NCBI GenBank assembly: GCA_021817985.1
Contig: JAKAFK010000010.1
Location: 18,710 to 82,709, forward strand
Direction: 5' to 3'
Length of the DNA stretch: 64,000 nt
DNA from: Pseudomonadota bacterium
Lineage (GTDB): Bacteria > Pseudomonadota > Gammaproteobacteria > Burkholderiales > JAKAFK01
The notes beneath the pieces are model-generated. The model worked only from the letters and a program-made list of their open reading frames with translations, was not told the DNA's origin and ran no database searches. The translations under genes and the position numbers were made by a program. Shown here one piece after another: positions 27,533-36,990 of this stretch. Within the stretch, counting starts at the first letter, position 1, and each line of letters begins with the position of its first letter.

Positions 27533-28291
27533 GTGCACGGGGCCGGCACCCGCCGCCACCTGTCGGTTTCGGAGGCATCGGTGGATCGCAGGCACTCGCG
27601 AAGGCGGCGCTCCGCCCAGGGCGTCGGGGGGGATCCCGGCGCCGCGCCGGGCGTTGCCGTCGTGATTCTCGTTCATGGACTGTGGATGCGCGGGTGGGTG
27701 CTGGGGCTGCTGCGTCGGCGTCTGGCGCGCTGCGGGTTGGCCGCGAGGGTTTTTTCCTATCCCAGCCTGCAAGAGCCGCTGGACGCGGCCGCCGAGCATC
27801 TCGCGCAGTTCGCCGCTGGCCTGCCGGACTGTCCGCTGCATTTTGTCGGCCACAGTCTCGGCGGGCTCGTCGTGCTGCGGCTGCTTCGCGATTACCCCGA
27901 ATACCGGAACGGACGCGTGGTGCTGCTGGGCACGCCCATGCAGGGCAGCCGTGTGGCGCGGCGCCTGGCGCACGCGCCCTGGCTCAGGGCTTTGCTGGGG
28001 CCTCATGCGGATGCATTGACCCGGCCGGCGCCGCAGGCGGACACCGATTGGATCGGAGATGAGGCGAGCGTCGCGATGATTGCCGGCACGCGCCCGGTCG
28101 GCATCGGGCGCTTGGTGACGAGGCTTCCGCGGCCCAACGATGGGACAGTGGCCGTGGCCGAGACCGCATTCCCGAGCGCGCATGCGCGTCGGCTTTTGCC
28201 GATCACCCATACCGGCATGCTCCTGTCGCGTGAAGCGGCGCGGTGCATTTGCGAGTTTCTCAGGCACGGACGCTTTTCGGGCGTGGAGTAA
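27533..28291 (+). CDS. alpha/beta-fold hydrolase (lipase/esterase-like)
   Basis: VVILVHGLWMRGW...HFVGHSLGGLVV (GxSxG nucleophile elbow)...PNDGTVAV. The start is uncertain because of the Arg-rich N-terminal extension in the ORF-track frame. Confidence 0.75.
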   Translation: MHGAGTRRHLSVSEASVDRRHSRRRRSAQGVGGDPGAAPGVAVVILVHGLWMRGWVLGLLRRRLARCGLAARVFSYPSLQEPLDAAAEHLAQFAAGLPDCPLHFVGHSLGGLVVLRLLRDYPEYRNGRVVLLGTPMQGSRVARRLAHAPWLRALLGPHADALTRPAPQADTDWIGDEASVAMIAGTRPVGIGRLVTRLPRPNDGTVAVAETAFPSAHARRLLPITHTGMLLSREAARCICEFLRHGRFSGVE

Positions 28292-28315
28292 AAAAAAGCC
28301 CGCACGGGAGCGGGC
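28290..28315 (-). terminator. hairpin GCCCGC-ACGGGA-GCGGGC preceded by A8 on the plus strand (a T-tract only on the minus strand)
   Basis: Read directly after the hydrolase TAA. The orientation of the U-tract fits minus-strand termination, although no minus-strand gene is annotated upstream of it. Confidence 0.3.
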
Positions 28316-28421
28316 GTATCCGGCTCGATGAACGAAAGGTCTGCCTTGCCGCCGATGGCCGCGTCCGGGCTCGCAATTGGTCTTCCGTGTGCTGGGCAGG
28401 ACGTTGATCTTGCGAGAGGTT

Positions 28422-28925
28422 ATGGAAATGGAAACCCGGTATTTCTTCCCGTTCGTGTCCTTTGTCTGCGCGCTGTTGCTCGCTTGCGCGCTCTATCTCC
28501 AGGATACCCGTGGGTTGATGCCCTGCGCGCTGTGCGTCGCCCAACGCATGGTCTACTGGCTGCTGGGACTCGCGGCGCTGGTCGCCTTCTTGCACCGCCC
28601 GCGCGGGATCGGGCGGCGAATCTATGGCGCGGCGCTGGTCGCCCTGGCCTGCCTCGGTCTCGCGGTGGCGCTTCGTCAACTATGGGTCATCCATCATCCG
28701 GGTTTCCTTTGCGGCATCAGCCCTGAGGCTCGCCTGATCAATGCGTTGCCCCTTGCCCGGTGGTGGCCTCCCATGTTTGAGGCGAGCGGCAGCTGTGCGG
28801 CCGTGCGCTGGAAGTTTCTCTCGCTCAGCATGCCTGACTGGTCCGCGGTCTGGTTTGCCGTCCTTGCCGTGCTGTCGGCGCTTGCCTTTCGGTCCCGCCC
28901 GCGGCGGCGCCCGACGGGAAGGTGA
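28422..28925 (+). CDS. dsbB: disulfide bond formation protein B
   Basis: The internal ATG 28422 gives MEMETRYFFPFVSFVCALLLACALYLQDTRGLMPCALCVAQRMVY (CxxC in the first periplasmic loop). A second Cys pair lies downstream and the protein has 4 TM segments. Confidence 0.85.
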   Translation: MEMETRYFFPFVSFVCALLLACALYLQDTRGLMPCALCVAQRMVYWLLGLAALVAFLHRPRGIGRRIYGAALVALACLGLAVALRQLWVIHHPGFLCGISPEARLINALPLARWWPPMFEASGSCAAVRWKFLSLSMPDWSAVWFAVLAVLSALAFRSRPRRRPTGR

Positions 28926-28929
28926 GCGC

Positions 28930-29907
28930 ATGGACGCGCTTCCTCGCCGCTTCTGCGTGGCGCCCATGATGGACTGGACGGATCGCCACGAGCGCTACTT
29001 TCTTCGCCTCATCAGCCGCCATGCGTGGCTTTATACGGAGATGGTCACCACGGGCGCGCTTCTCCGAGGGGGTGCGGCGCGCCATCTTGCCTTCGACGAA
29101 CGTGAGCACCCTGTCGCCCTTCAGCTGGGGGGCGCCGATCCGAATGAGCTGGCGCGCGCGGCCCGGATGGCGGAAGACCAGGGATACGATGAAGTCAACC
29201 TCAACGTGGGATGCCCCAGCGATCGCGTACGGATCGGCCGGTTCGGGGCCTGCTTGATGGCCGAACCCGAGTTGGTCGGCGAGTGCGTGGCCGCCATGCG
29301 GGCGGCCGTTCGGTTGCCTGTCACGGTGAAGACGCGCATCGGCATCGATGCGCAGGACTCCTACGAAGCCTTGGCGCGCTTCGTCCGGACGGTCGCACAG
29401 GGGGGGTGCGAGACCTTCATCGTCCATGCGCGCAAGGCTTGGCTCAAGGGGTTGAGTCCAAAAGAGAACCGGGAGGTTCCGCCCCTGCGCTATGACGTGG
29501 TCTATCGGCTCAGGCAGGATTTCCCGAGCTTGGCGATCGTGCTGAATGGCGGCATTACGACCCTTGCCCAGGCCGTTGACCATTTGCGCCAGGTCGACGG
29601 CGTGATGCTGGGACGCGAGGTCTACCACAACCCCTACATTCTGGCCGACGTCGACCGTCTGCTCTATGGCGATGACGCGCCCGCGCCGTCGCGGCATGCG
29701 GTGCTCGAGCAGTTCGTGCCCTACGCCGAGCAGATGGTGGCCGCCGGCGTTCCCCTGAACCGCATGACTCGCCATATTCTGGGCCTCTTCCATGGAATCC
29801 CGGGAGCCCGGCAATTTCGTCGCGTGCTGAGCGACTCGGGGCACAGCGGTGAAACGGCGGCCGCGCTTTTGCGGGCAGCCATACGGCAGTTGCCGCCGGC
29901 GGCTTGA
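28930..29907 (+). CDS. dusA: tRNA-dihydrouridine(20/20a) synthase
   Basis: MDALPRRFCVAPMMDWTDRHERYFLRLIS...EVNLNVGCPSDRV...HARKAWLKGLSPKENREVPPL. DusA-like throughout. Confidence 0.92.
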   Translation: MDALPRRFCVAPMMDWTDRHERYFLRLISRHAWLYTEMVTTGALLRGGAARHLAFDEREHPVALQLGGADPNELARAARMAEDQGYDEVNLNVGCPSDRVRIGRFGACLMAEPELVGECVAAMRAAVRLPVTVKTRIGIDAQDSYEALARFVRTVAQGGCETFIVHARKAWLKGLSPKENREVPPLRYDVVYRLRQDFPSLAIVLNGGITTLAQAVDHLRQVDGVMLGREVYHNPYILADVDRLLYGDDAPAPSRHAVLEQFVPYAEQMVAAGVPLNRMTRHILGLFHGIPGARQFRRVLSDSGHSGETAAALLRAAIRQLPPAA

Positions 29908-30073
29908 GCGCGCGAGGAAGCCCTTCGCTTCGCGCCTTGGCCGTCCTCTGATATGATGCCGGCCTGACGGTGCCCAGAACCGCCGTCATCGGGCACGCCG
30001 GGGGACACGGTGCCTGGCGTTCGCTGTTCGATGGTGCCACGGAGACCGAAAGCACGTGCCGAGGGGAATGCTC

Positions 30074-31285
30074 ATGCCCGACGGGGAGAAAGATGCGCCG
30101 TTGTACGACACGTTGCTCACGCGGGGCATGGTCGCCGTGCTGGTTGCGCAATTCGTATCGGCCTTTGCCGACAATGCCCTCTTCGTCGCCGGCATCGCCT
30201 CGCTCAAGACCCTGCCGCACGGGGTCGAGCTGACGTCTGCGCTCCAGGAAGTCTTCGTCGTCGCCTATATCCTGCTCGCGCCCTTCGTCGGCCCGTTCGC
30301 CGATGCCTTGCCCAAGGGGCGCGTGATGTTGCTGTCCAATGCCCTGAAGTTCGTGGGGGCATGGATGATGTTGGCAGGGTTCGGCACGTTGGCGGGCTAC
30401 AGCATCGTGGGCATTGGCGCGGCCGCATACTCGCCCGCCAAGTACGGCATCCTGGCGCAGTTCTATGCCCCCGAGAGGCTCGTCCAGGCCAACGGACTCC
30501 TCGAGAGCTCCACCATTGTCGCGATTCTGCTGGGGGTGCTTGCCGGCGGCATCGTGGCCGACCATTCGTTGCCCGCGGCGTTCGAGTTCGTGCTCGCGCT
30601 ATATTTCGCGGCCGGCATCGTCAATTTGGCCATCCCGCGGGTACGCGTCGAGCGGCCGTTGCATCGCGGCGCAATGGGTGCGGCGGTGCGGGCCTTCTGG
30701 GGCGTGACGAAAAGGCTCTGGCAAAACCCCGATGCCCGTTTCAGCATGCTCGGCACGAGCACCTTCTGGGGGACCGGCACCACGCTCAGACTCATGCTGT
30801 TTGCCTGGGTCCCCGCCGCGCTCGCCATCCGCAACAACGAGATGCCCTCCCTCATGATGGCGGTCGTCTCGGTCGGCATCATCGCGGGCGCCGCGCTCGC
30901 GGGCTGGCACGTCAACCTGGCACGCGCCAACCGGGCCTTGCTCGGCGGCGTCCTGATCGGGCCGCTGGTGATCGTCCTGTCGCTCGTGCACACGCTGGGT
31001 CTTGCCCTGGCCGTCTTGGCCCTGCTCGGTCTTTGCGGCGGGGTTTTCGTGATTCCCCTCAATGCGTTGCTTCAGGATCGGGGGCACCGCTTGGTGGGGG
31101 CTGGCCACGCCCTTGCCATCCAGAACTTCGCGGAGAACAGCGCGATGCTGCTGTTCGTCGGGCTGTACATGTCGATTTCCCGCCTGGGATGGCCGGTCGC
31201 TCGCGTCGTCGCCGTGTTCGGCGCAGTCGTGCTCATCGCGATCGCGTGGCTGACCGTTCGCAGGCTCGCGGCCTCTCGGGGCTAA
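30074..31285 (+). CDS. lplT: lysophospholipid transporter (MFS)
   Basis: RGMVAVLVAQFVSAFADNALFVAG aligns with the E. coli LplT N-terminus. About 12 TM segments. Start chosen at ATG 30074, which has the best SD spacing. Confidence 0.8.
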   Translation: MPDGEKDAPLYDTLLTRGMVAVLVAQFVSAFADNALFVAGIASLKTLPHGVELTSALQEVFVVAYILLAPFVGPFADALPKGRVMLLSNALKFVGAWMMLAGFGTLAGYSIVGIGAAAYSPAKYGILAQFYAPERLVQANGLLESSTIVAILLGVLAGGIVADHSLPAAFEFVLALYFAAGIVNLAIPRVRVERPLHRGAMGAAVRAFWGVTKRLWQNPDARFSMLGTSTFWGTGTTLRLMLFAWVPAALAIRNNEMPSLMMAVVSVGIIAGAALAGWHVNLARANRALLGGVLIGPLVIVLSLVHTLGLALAVLALLGLCGGVFVIPLNALLQDRGHRLVGAGHALAIQNFAENSAMLLFVGLYMSISRLGWPVARVVAVFGAVVLIAIAWLTVRRLAASRG

Positions 31286-31363
31286 GGCGGGACCGATGAT
31301 CGGCGCGGCCCGCCGGACGGTGCGCGGCGATCCGATCCATAGGTCGGACACTGGGGGAGATCC

Positions 31364-32407
31364 ATGAGCGGGTTCGCATCACGTCTCGTCGCCTGGCAAA
31401 AATGCCACGGCCGACACGACTTGCCTTGGCAGCAGACGACGGATCCCTACAGGATCTGGGTCTCGGAGATCATGCTGCAGCAGACCCAAGTCGCCACCGT
31501 GCTCGCGTACTACGGGCGCTTTCTCGCCCGTTTTCCCCATGTCGCCGAACTCGCGCGTTCCTCCCTCGACGAGGTGCTCTCCTACTGGAGCGGGCTCGGC
31601 TATTATTCGCGGGCGCGCAACCTGCATCGCGCCGCCGCCTTCATTTGCGAGCGGCACGCGGCCCTCTTCCCTCGCGCCCGCGCCGATATCCTCGCCTTGC
31701 CGGGCGTGGGCCGATCCACCGCCGCCGCCATCAGCGTGTTTGCCTTCGATGCGCGGGCAGCCATCCTCGACGGCAACGTGAAGCGGGTGCTCGCCCGCCA
31801 TGCCGGGATCTCAGGGCCGCCGGGGGCGCAGACCGACACCGAACTGTGGGCCCACGCAGAGGCGCTGGTGCCGGCTGTGGACGTGAAATGCTATACGCAG
31901 GGTCTGATGGATCTTGGGGCTCTGGTGTGCACCCGGCGCACTCCTTCCTGTCAGGCATGCCCCCTCGCCGAGGATTGCCAGGCGTATCGCCAGGGACGGG
32001 TGGCGGAACTGCCCACGCCAAGGCCCAGGAAGCCCCTTCCGGAGAAGACGTTCACCGTCCTGATCCTGCGCCGCGGTGAGCGCATATGGCTCGAGCCGCG
32101 GCCGGCATCGGGCATCTGGGGCGGTCTTTGGAGCTTTCCGGAGGCGAACGAGGGCGAGGACGGCCGGCACTGGTGTGATGCTCGGCTGGGGGCCGGACGT
32201 CGGCGCGTGGCCTGGCTGCCACCCATCGATCATGCGCTGACACACTTCCGGATGCGCATCCGACCGTGCCTGCTGGAACTGGAGGAGGCGGTTTCCCCGG
32301 AGCCCGCGGCGGGTGGCCAATGGTTTGCCCTGGACGACGCCTTGCGGGCGGGCATTCCCGCGCCGGTGCGCGCCCTCCTGCAGGGGCTCAGGCATGCGGC
32401 GCCGTGA
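31364..32407 (+). CDS. mutY: A/G-specific adenine DNA glycosylase
   Basis: DLPWQQTTDPYRIWVSEIMLQQTQVATV...LPGVGRSTAAAI...CTRRTPSCQACPLAEDC (4Fe-4S cluster loop) plus a C-terminal Nudix-like domain. Confidence 0.9.
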   Translation: MSGFASRLVAWQKCHGRHDLPWQQTTDPYRIWVSEIMLQQTQVATVLAYYGRFLARFPHVAELARSSLDEVLSYWSGLGYYSRARNLHRAAAFICERHAALFPRARADILALPGVGRSTAAAISVFAFDARAAILDGNVKRVLARHAGISGPPGAQTDTELWAHAEALVPAVDVKCYTQGLMDLGALVCTRRTPSCQACPLAEDCQAYRQGRVAELPTPRPRKPLPEKTFTVLILRRGERIWLEPRPASGIWGGLWSFPEANEGEDGRHWCDARLGAGRRRVAWLPPIDHALTHFRMRIRPCLLELEEAVSPEPAAGGQWFALDDALRAGIPAPVRALLQGLRHAAP

Positions 32408-32527
32408 CGCAGAAGGCGCATGTCGGCGACTATACTGTCTGCTAAGGGAACCCGGCGCGTGTCATGTGGGAAGCCGAGGCTGTCCGCATGCCGTGCAACA
32501 GGGGACCCATGGGGAGGCCTTGGCAAC

Positions 32528-33658
32528 ATGAGCGCGTGGGAACAGATCTTTCAGGCGAAGCAGGCCATCCTTGCCGTCAACAGCGGCTCCTCGAGTGTCA
32601 AGGCGAGGCTTTATTTGCCTGACGGCAGCGAGCGGGCCTTTCACTTCGACGCCATTGGCTTTGACGAAGGAGGGCATCGGGCGGCCTTTCGCCGGTTGGT
32701 GGAAGAGCTCGCCGACATTCCGCTCGCAGGCGTCGGCCATCGGATCGTGCATGGGGGCACGGTCAGTGAGCCGGCGCGCTTCGTCGATGAGGGCGAACTC
32801 GTCCGCCTGGATGAGCTGTCTCACCTGGCGCCGCTGCACATGCCGAATTGCCTGTTGGGCGTGCGCGCGTGCATGCGCGCCCTTCGCGTGCCGCAGATCG
32901 CCTGCTACGACACCGCTTTCCACCGGACCATGCCGGAGGAGGCGAAGCGCTTGCCGATTCCCGCGGCGCTGGGCTTGGAGCGGTTCGGTTTCCATGGCAT
33001 CAACTTTGCCTACATTGCCCGCATTTTGCCGCAGCACCTCGAGGGGGCCGCTGCCGGCCGCGTGGTCGTGGCCCATTTGGGCAGCGGTGCGAGCTTGTGC
33101 CTGCTCGAGCAGTTGCGCTCGGTGGATACCACCATGGGCCTGACGCCTATCGGGGGCATACCGATGGCGACGCGAAGCGGCGATCTCGATCCGGGCGTCA
33201 TGATCGAGCTGGAGCGTCGAATGACGGCGGACGCGCTGACCGACGTGTTCTACCATCAGTGCGGCTGGCTGGCCTTGTCGGGCGGGATGAGCGCCGACAT
33301 GAAGACACTGGTCGAAGCCCAAGCGCCGCAGGCGCAGTTCGCCGTGAGCTATTTTTGCCGCGGCGTGCGTGCAGCCATCGGCGCGCTCGCGGCGAAGGCG
33401 GGGGGCATCGATGCGCTGGTGTTCACCGGAGCCATCGGCGAGGGCTCGCCTGTCATTCGGGACAAGATTTGCGCGCCGCTCGATTTTCTGGGCTTCAGGC
33501 TGAGCGAGGAGGCCAATGCGCAAGGGCAGGCGCAGCTCCATGCCCCCGATTCCAAGCCCATTCTGCGGCTCGCGGCCGACGAGGAACGCATGATTGCGCT
33601 CTACGCCGCCGAACTTCTGCGCACGCGCGCCCCGAGCATAGGGGCTTCGGCGCCTTGA
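32528..33658 (+). CDS. ackA: acetate/propionate kinase
   Basis: The internal ATG 32528 gives ...ILAVNSGSSSVKARLY...GHRIVHGG...FHGINFAYI...HLGSGASL. ASKHA family. Confidence 0.88.
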   Translation: MSAWEQIFQAKQAILAVNSGSSSVKARLYLPDGSERAFHFDAIGFDEGGHRAAFRRLVEELADIPLAGVGHRIVHGGTVSEPARFVDEGELVRLDELSHLAPLHMPNCLLGVRACMRALRVPQIACYDTAFHRTMPEEAKRLPIPAALGLERFGFHGINFAYIARILPQHLEGAAAGRVVVAHLGSGASLCLLEQLRSVDTTMGLTPIGGIPMATRSGDLDPGVMIELERRMTADALTDVFYHQCGWLALSGGMSADMKTLVEAQAPQAQFAVSYFCRGVRAAIGALAAKAGGIDALVFTGAIGEGSPVIRDKICAPLDFLGFRLSEEANAQGQAQLHAPDSKPILRLAADEERMIALYAAELLRTRAPSIGASAP

Positions 33659-33960
33659 GGGCGCGTTCGCCCCGCGGCGGGAGCCCGCCGCCGAGGGGCA
33701 GGCCCCGGGCGTGGCGGGAACAGCGTCGTTTTGGCCGAACGGATCGATAGCGTTTCATGGCTCGACCGGATTTCAACCGCGGCTTGCGCAGCCCGTGCTG
33801 CATCGTTGCCATCGCCTCGTTCCGGTGTCCGCCGAGACCAAGCCCACGCAAAGAGTGGCCCAGCCCGTCGGGCGCCAAGGCGGTACAGGCAAAGACTTCC
33901 GAGTCATCGACGCCAAGATCCAGTTTCCAACCTCGCATCCCGAACCCATCGCTCCATCGC

Positions 33961-34554
33961 TTACAGCCCGGGCATGCCGACATAGCCGGGCAACGCTTTG
34001 ATGCGGCCAATCCATTTGTTTACCGAGGCATAGTCTCCGAGGCCGATCCCGCCCTCCGGGGCAAGCGCGACATAGGGATAGCAGGCAATGTCCGCTATCG
34101 TTGGCCGGTCCGCGGCAAGCCATTCCCGCGTCTCAAGCTGCCCATCCAGGACGCTCAACGCGCCTTCCCCCATTCGCTGGCACTGCGGCAGGTCCCAGGG
34201 TCGGTTGAATTTTTTGACCGCCCGGGCACGTGCGAGTCCGTACAGGATTTCGTTTTCGGATACGGCAAGCCACTGCATTACTTCGGCCATCGCACCCGGC
34301 GCAGTCGGCAGCCACGCATCGTCCCCGTATTCACGCGCCAAGTAAACGAGGATTGCCATGGAATCCCATACGATGAAGCCGCCGTCGTCCAATACCGGCA
34401 ACTGCCCACGGGGGTTCAGCTTCAGGAATTCCGGCTGTTTGTGCTCGCCTTTCTCGTAGCCGACCCGTATGGATTCATACGGCACTCTCAACAGCGACAA
34501 CAGCAAGCGAACCTTGTAGCAGTTTCCAGATAATTCCATGTCATACAGCTTCAT
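33961..34554 (-). CDS. glutathione S-transferase
   Basis: MKLYDMELSGNCYKVRLLLSLL...NPRGQLPVLDDGGFIVWDSMAILVYL. A GST N-terminal thioredoxin-like fold plus a C-terminal domain. Confidence 0.85.
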   Translation of the reverse strand: MKLYDMELSGNCYKVRLLLSLLRVPYESIRVGYEKGEHKQPEFLKLNPRGQLPVLDDGGFIVWDSMAILVYLAREYGDDAWLPTAPGAMAEVMQWLAVSENEILYGLARARAVKKFNRPWDLPQCQRMGEGALSVLDGQLETREWLAADRPTIADIACYPYVALAPEGGIGLGDYASVNKWIGRIKALPGYVGMPGL

Positions 34555-34668
34555 GCGCTCTCCTCGTTTCGTTTGTTCGCTGCGCTTGGACATATGCGCG
34601 GGGACGGTCAAGAATCGCCGTTGCGTCGCCAGTTGCCTTCAACTTTGACCGGGCGTCGTTTGTGGCCA

Positions 34669-35571
34669 TCATGCCGCCACTGGCCGGCGCGCAGGCACCA
34701 TGGCCATCAGGACACCGGCCAGTACCAGCAGCCCGCCGACCATCTGTGCCGCAGTGGGTACGGTGCCGAGCATGCCGCTCACCAGCATCGCGAACACCGG
34801 TACCAAGTTGAGGAAGAGCGACGTCTTGCCCGCCCCCAGATGTCGGATCCCCATGCCCCAGAACAGGTATGCGAGCACCGTACCGCCAACGACCATGACG
34901 GCAAGCGCCAGGATCGCCCGTCCGCCCGGCAATGTGAAGGGGGCGCCACCGCCAAGGGCCACCGCGAGGAGCATCCCGGCGCCGGCCGTCATCACCAAGG
35001 CAGTGTTGCCGACGGCGGAACCTTGGGGCATCAGACGGCGCGTGAGCACGTTGAAAAGCGCCCAGGTGAGGTTGGCGGCAAGCATAAGCACGTCGCCTTC
35101 CGCCACGTGCAGCCGAGACAGCCGGCCTGGATCGCCATGAGAAATCACTACGATCACGCCGCTCAGGGCCACGGGCAGGGCGGCGAGGCGCCGCGCACTG
35201 GCGCGCTCACCAAGGAAGGCCGCGGCCAAGAGCGTGGTGAGCAGTGGATTCGTCCCCATGATGAGGGCACCGTTGTCCGCCGAGGTGGTTTTCATTGCGT
35301 GGAAGAATAGCACGTTGAATGCGGCGATGCCGATCAGCCCCAAAGCCACGTAGGTCCCGGCATGGCGCTTCGCAAGGCCGAGCAGGTCTTCGCCGTTGCG
35401 CCAGGCGATGGCCAGCATCAATGCCGCGCCGAGCAGGAAGCGCAGGGCTGCCGCCCATGACGGGGACAGATCGGTGAGGAGCGGCCCGGCGAGGACGAAG
35501 TTGGCGCCCCAGAAGAACGCGGACAGGGTGACAAGGGGATAAACCAGAGTGGTCGGCATGGCGGTATCCAT
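34669..35571 (-). CDS. EamA/DMT-family transporter
   Basis: 300 aa with about 10 TM segments and duplicated EamA-like halves (FFWGANFV..., ...LFWGMGIRHLGAGKTSLFLNLVPVFA). Confidence 0.85.
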   Translation of the reverse strand: MDTAMPTTLVYPLVTLSAFFWGANFVLAGPLLTDLSPSWAAALRFLLGAALMLAIAWRNGEDLLGLAKRHAGTYVALGLIGIAAFNVLFFHAMKTTSADNGALIMGTNPLLTTLLAAAFLGERASARRLAALPVALSGVIVVISHGDPGRLSRLHVAEGDVLMLAANLTWALFNVLTRRLMPQGSAVGNTALVMTAGAGMLLAVALGGGAPFTLPGGRAILALAVMVVGGTVLAYLFWGMGIRHLGAGKTSLFLNLVPVFAMLVSGMLGTVPTAAQMVGGLLVLAGVLMAMVPARRPVAA

Positions 35572-35617
35572 TCAGAATTGTTTAACATGACTGGATTCTA
35601 TAAGGCATAATTTCAGG

Positions 35618-35637
35618 GAACAAACGAGATTTTGTTC
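35618..35637. promoter_or_regulatory. inverted repeat GAACAAA-N6-TTTGTTC in the eamA/lysR divergent spacer (candidate LysR-type site)
   Basis: Read directly, 22 nt upstream of the lysR-family ATG. Confidence 0.3.
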
Positions 35638-35658
35638 ATCTTGATTTAAGGAAATCTA

Positions 35659-36609
35659 ATGAGAAGACGCTTGCCTCCGCTCAATGCATTGCGCGCGTTC
35701 GAGGCGGTTGCACGGCATCTGTCCATGGTCCGCGCGGCGGAGGAGTTGCATGTCACGCCAGCGGCAGTGAGCCAGCAGATAAAGCAGCTGGAGCACGCCT
35801 TGGGCCAGCCCTTGTTCAAGCGCGGCAAGACGCTCGCGTTGAGCGATCCGGCGAAGGCGGCGGCGCCGCTGCTGGCCGACGCCTTCGACCGTCTGGAACG
35901 CGCCGCCGCACAGTTGCGCATCGGCGGCCGCGACGGCCCGCTCGTGGTATCGACGCCGCCGGCCTTCGCGGCACGCTGGCTGGTGCCCCGGTTGGAAGAC
36001 TTTCACACTCGCCACCCCGAGATCGAGCTTCGCCTGCTCGCCACCCGCCGTCTGGTGGATTTCGCGTTGGAGGACGTCGATGCCGCGATCCGTTTCGGCA
36101 CCGGCGATTACCCGGGTCTGCGCGCGGAGCGGCTCATGCCGGAAGCGATCATCCCGGTGGCGGCACCCGACTTGGCAGAAGGCATCACGAGCGCTGCGGA
36201 CATCGCGACGCGGCCGTTGCTCAATGACGAATGGCATACCGGGAGCCAAGTATTCCCCGATTGGGAAACATGGTTGACCTCTCTCGGTGTCGTGCTGGAA
36301 ACGCCGTTGCGGATCCAGCACTTCGGGGAAAGCAACCTGACGATCCAGGCCGCCGTTTCCGGACTGGGCATTGCCCTGGTCTGGCGCAGCCTCGTCCTGG
36401 ACGACCTCCAGGCGGGCCGGTTGGTGCGCCTGCTCGATCAGAGCATTGCCACTCGCATGGCGTATCACCTCGTCATGCCGCCGAGCCGGGCGGCGCTCGC
36501 CAAGGTCGCCGCCTTTCGGCAATGGCTGTTGGAGAAGGGCGGCATCGCGTCGCAACACGGCATGGTTTCGACCGAACAGCTGCCCTCCAGTCGCGGTGCC
36601 GGCCAATGA
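35659..36609 (+). CDS. LysR-family transcriptional regulator (GcvA-like)
   Basis: LPPLNALRAFEAVARHLSMVRAAEELHVTPAAVSQQIKQLE (HTH) plus a substrate-binding domain. Divergent from the EamA transporter. Confidence 0.88.
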   Translation: MRRRLPPLNALRAFEAVARHLSMVRAAEELHVTPAAVSQQIKQLEHALGQPLFKRGKTLALSDPAKAAAPLLADAFDRLERAAAQLRIGGRDGPLVVSTPPAFAARWLVPRLEDFHTRHPEIELRLLATRRLVDFALEDVDAAIRFGTGDYPGLRAERLMPEAIIPVAAPDLAEGITSAADIATRPLLNDEWHTGSQVFPDWETWLTSLGVVLETPLRIQHFGESNLTIQAAVSGLGIALVWRSLVLDDLQAGRLVRLLDQSIATRMAYHLVMPPSRAALAKVAAFRQWLLEKGGIASQHGMVSTEQLPSSRGAGQ

Positions 36610-36990
36610 CCGGGCCGTTTGCTGCCGTTGCCGCCAAGGGGTCATCGAGTTTTCAACTATAATTTCGCTTTGAAGCGCTTGAGACCAAAGAAAGGCGGCC
36701 TGGCGTTTTGACCTCCAGATGAGCAATGCCTAGGATCGAAGGCCAGAAAAACCCGCGTCGGAAGACTGCGACGGCAGTTTTGCGCTTGAAATGGCCCGGA
36801 ACGGATCGTCTCCTGCGAAGGTAAAGGCCGCTTGCCGCGGAGGCTTGTCGGGTGTGCTGCCCGCCGGTTCAAAACGCCGGCGATCGGCGAACCCGCCGAT
36901 CGCGGATGGTGGCACAAGTACTATTCCTCGCTGCATCCTGCGCGGCCCACGTCGCTCAAGACCGCTTTGTTCACGCGAAGGAAAACGCGG

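Noticed and set aside
28741-28935. dusA 5' end as a known hotspot for integrative elements, checked for an island or integrase.
   Set aside because: dsbB ends 4 nt before the dusA ATG and the dusA N-terminus is intact. No integrase or direct repeats are present.
33495-34010. 171-aa (-) ORF in the ackA/GST convergent spacer, with a short protein-like run (GWKLDLGVDDSEVFACTALAPDG).
   Set aside because: It overlaps the 3' ends of both ackA and the GST gene. The rest of the translation is Arg/Pro-rich, and no start/SD or recognisable domain is present. At most it is a decayed fragment.
36878-36899. 9-bp-stem hairpin CGATCGGCG-AACC-CGCCGATCG upstream of tamA.
   Set aside because: There is no U-tract and no second copy elsewhere in the window to support a REP-type element. 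A function cannot be argued from the sequence alone.
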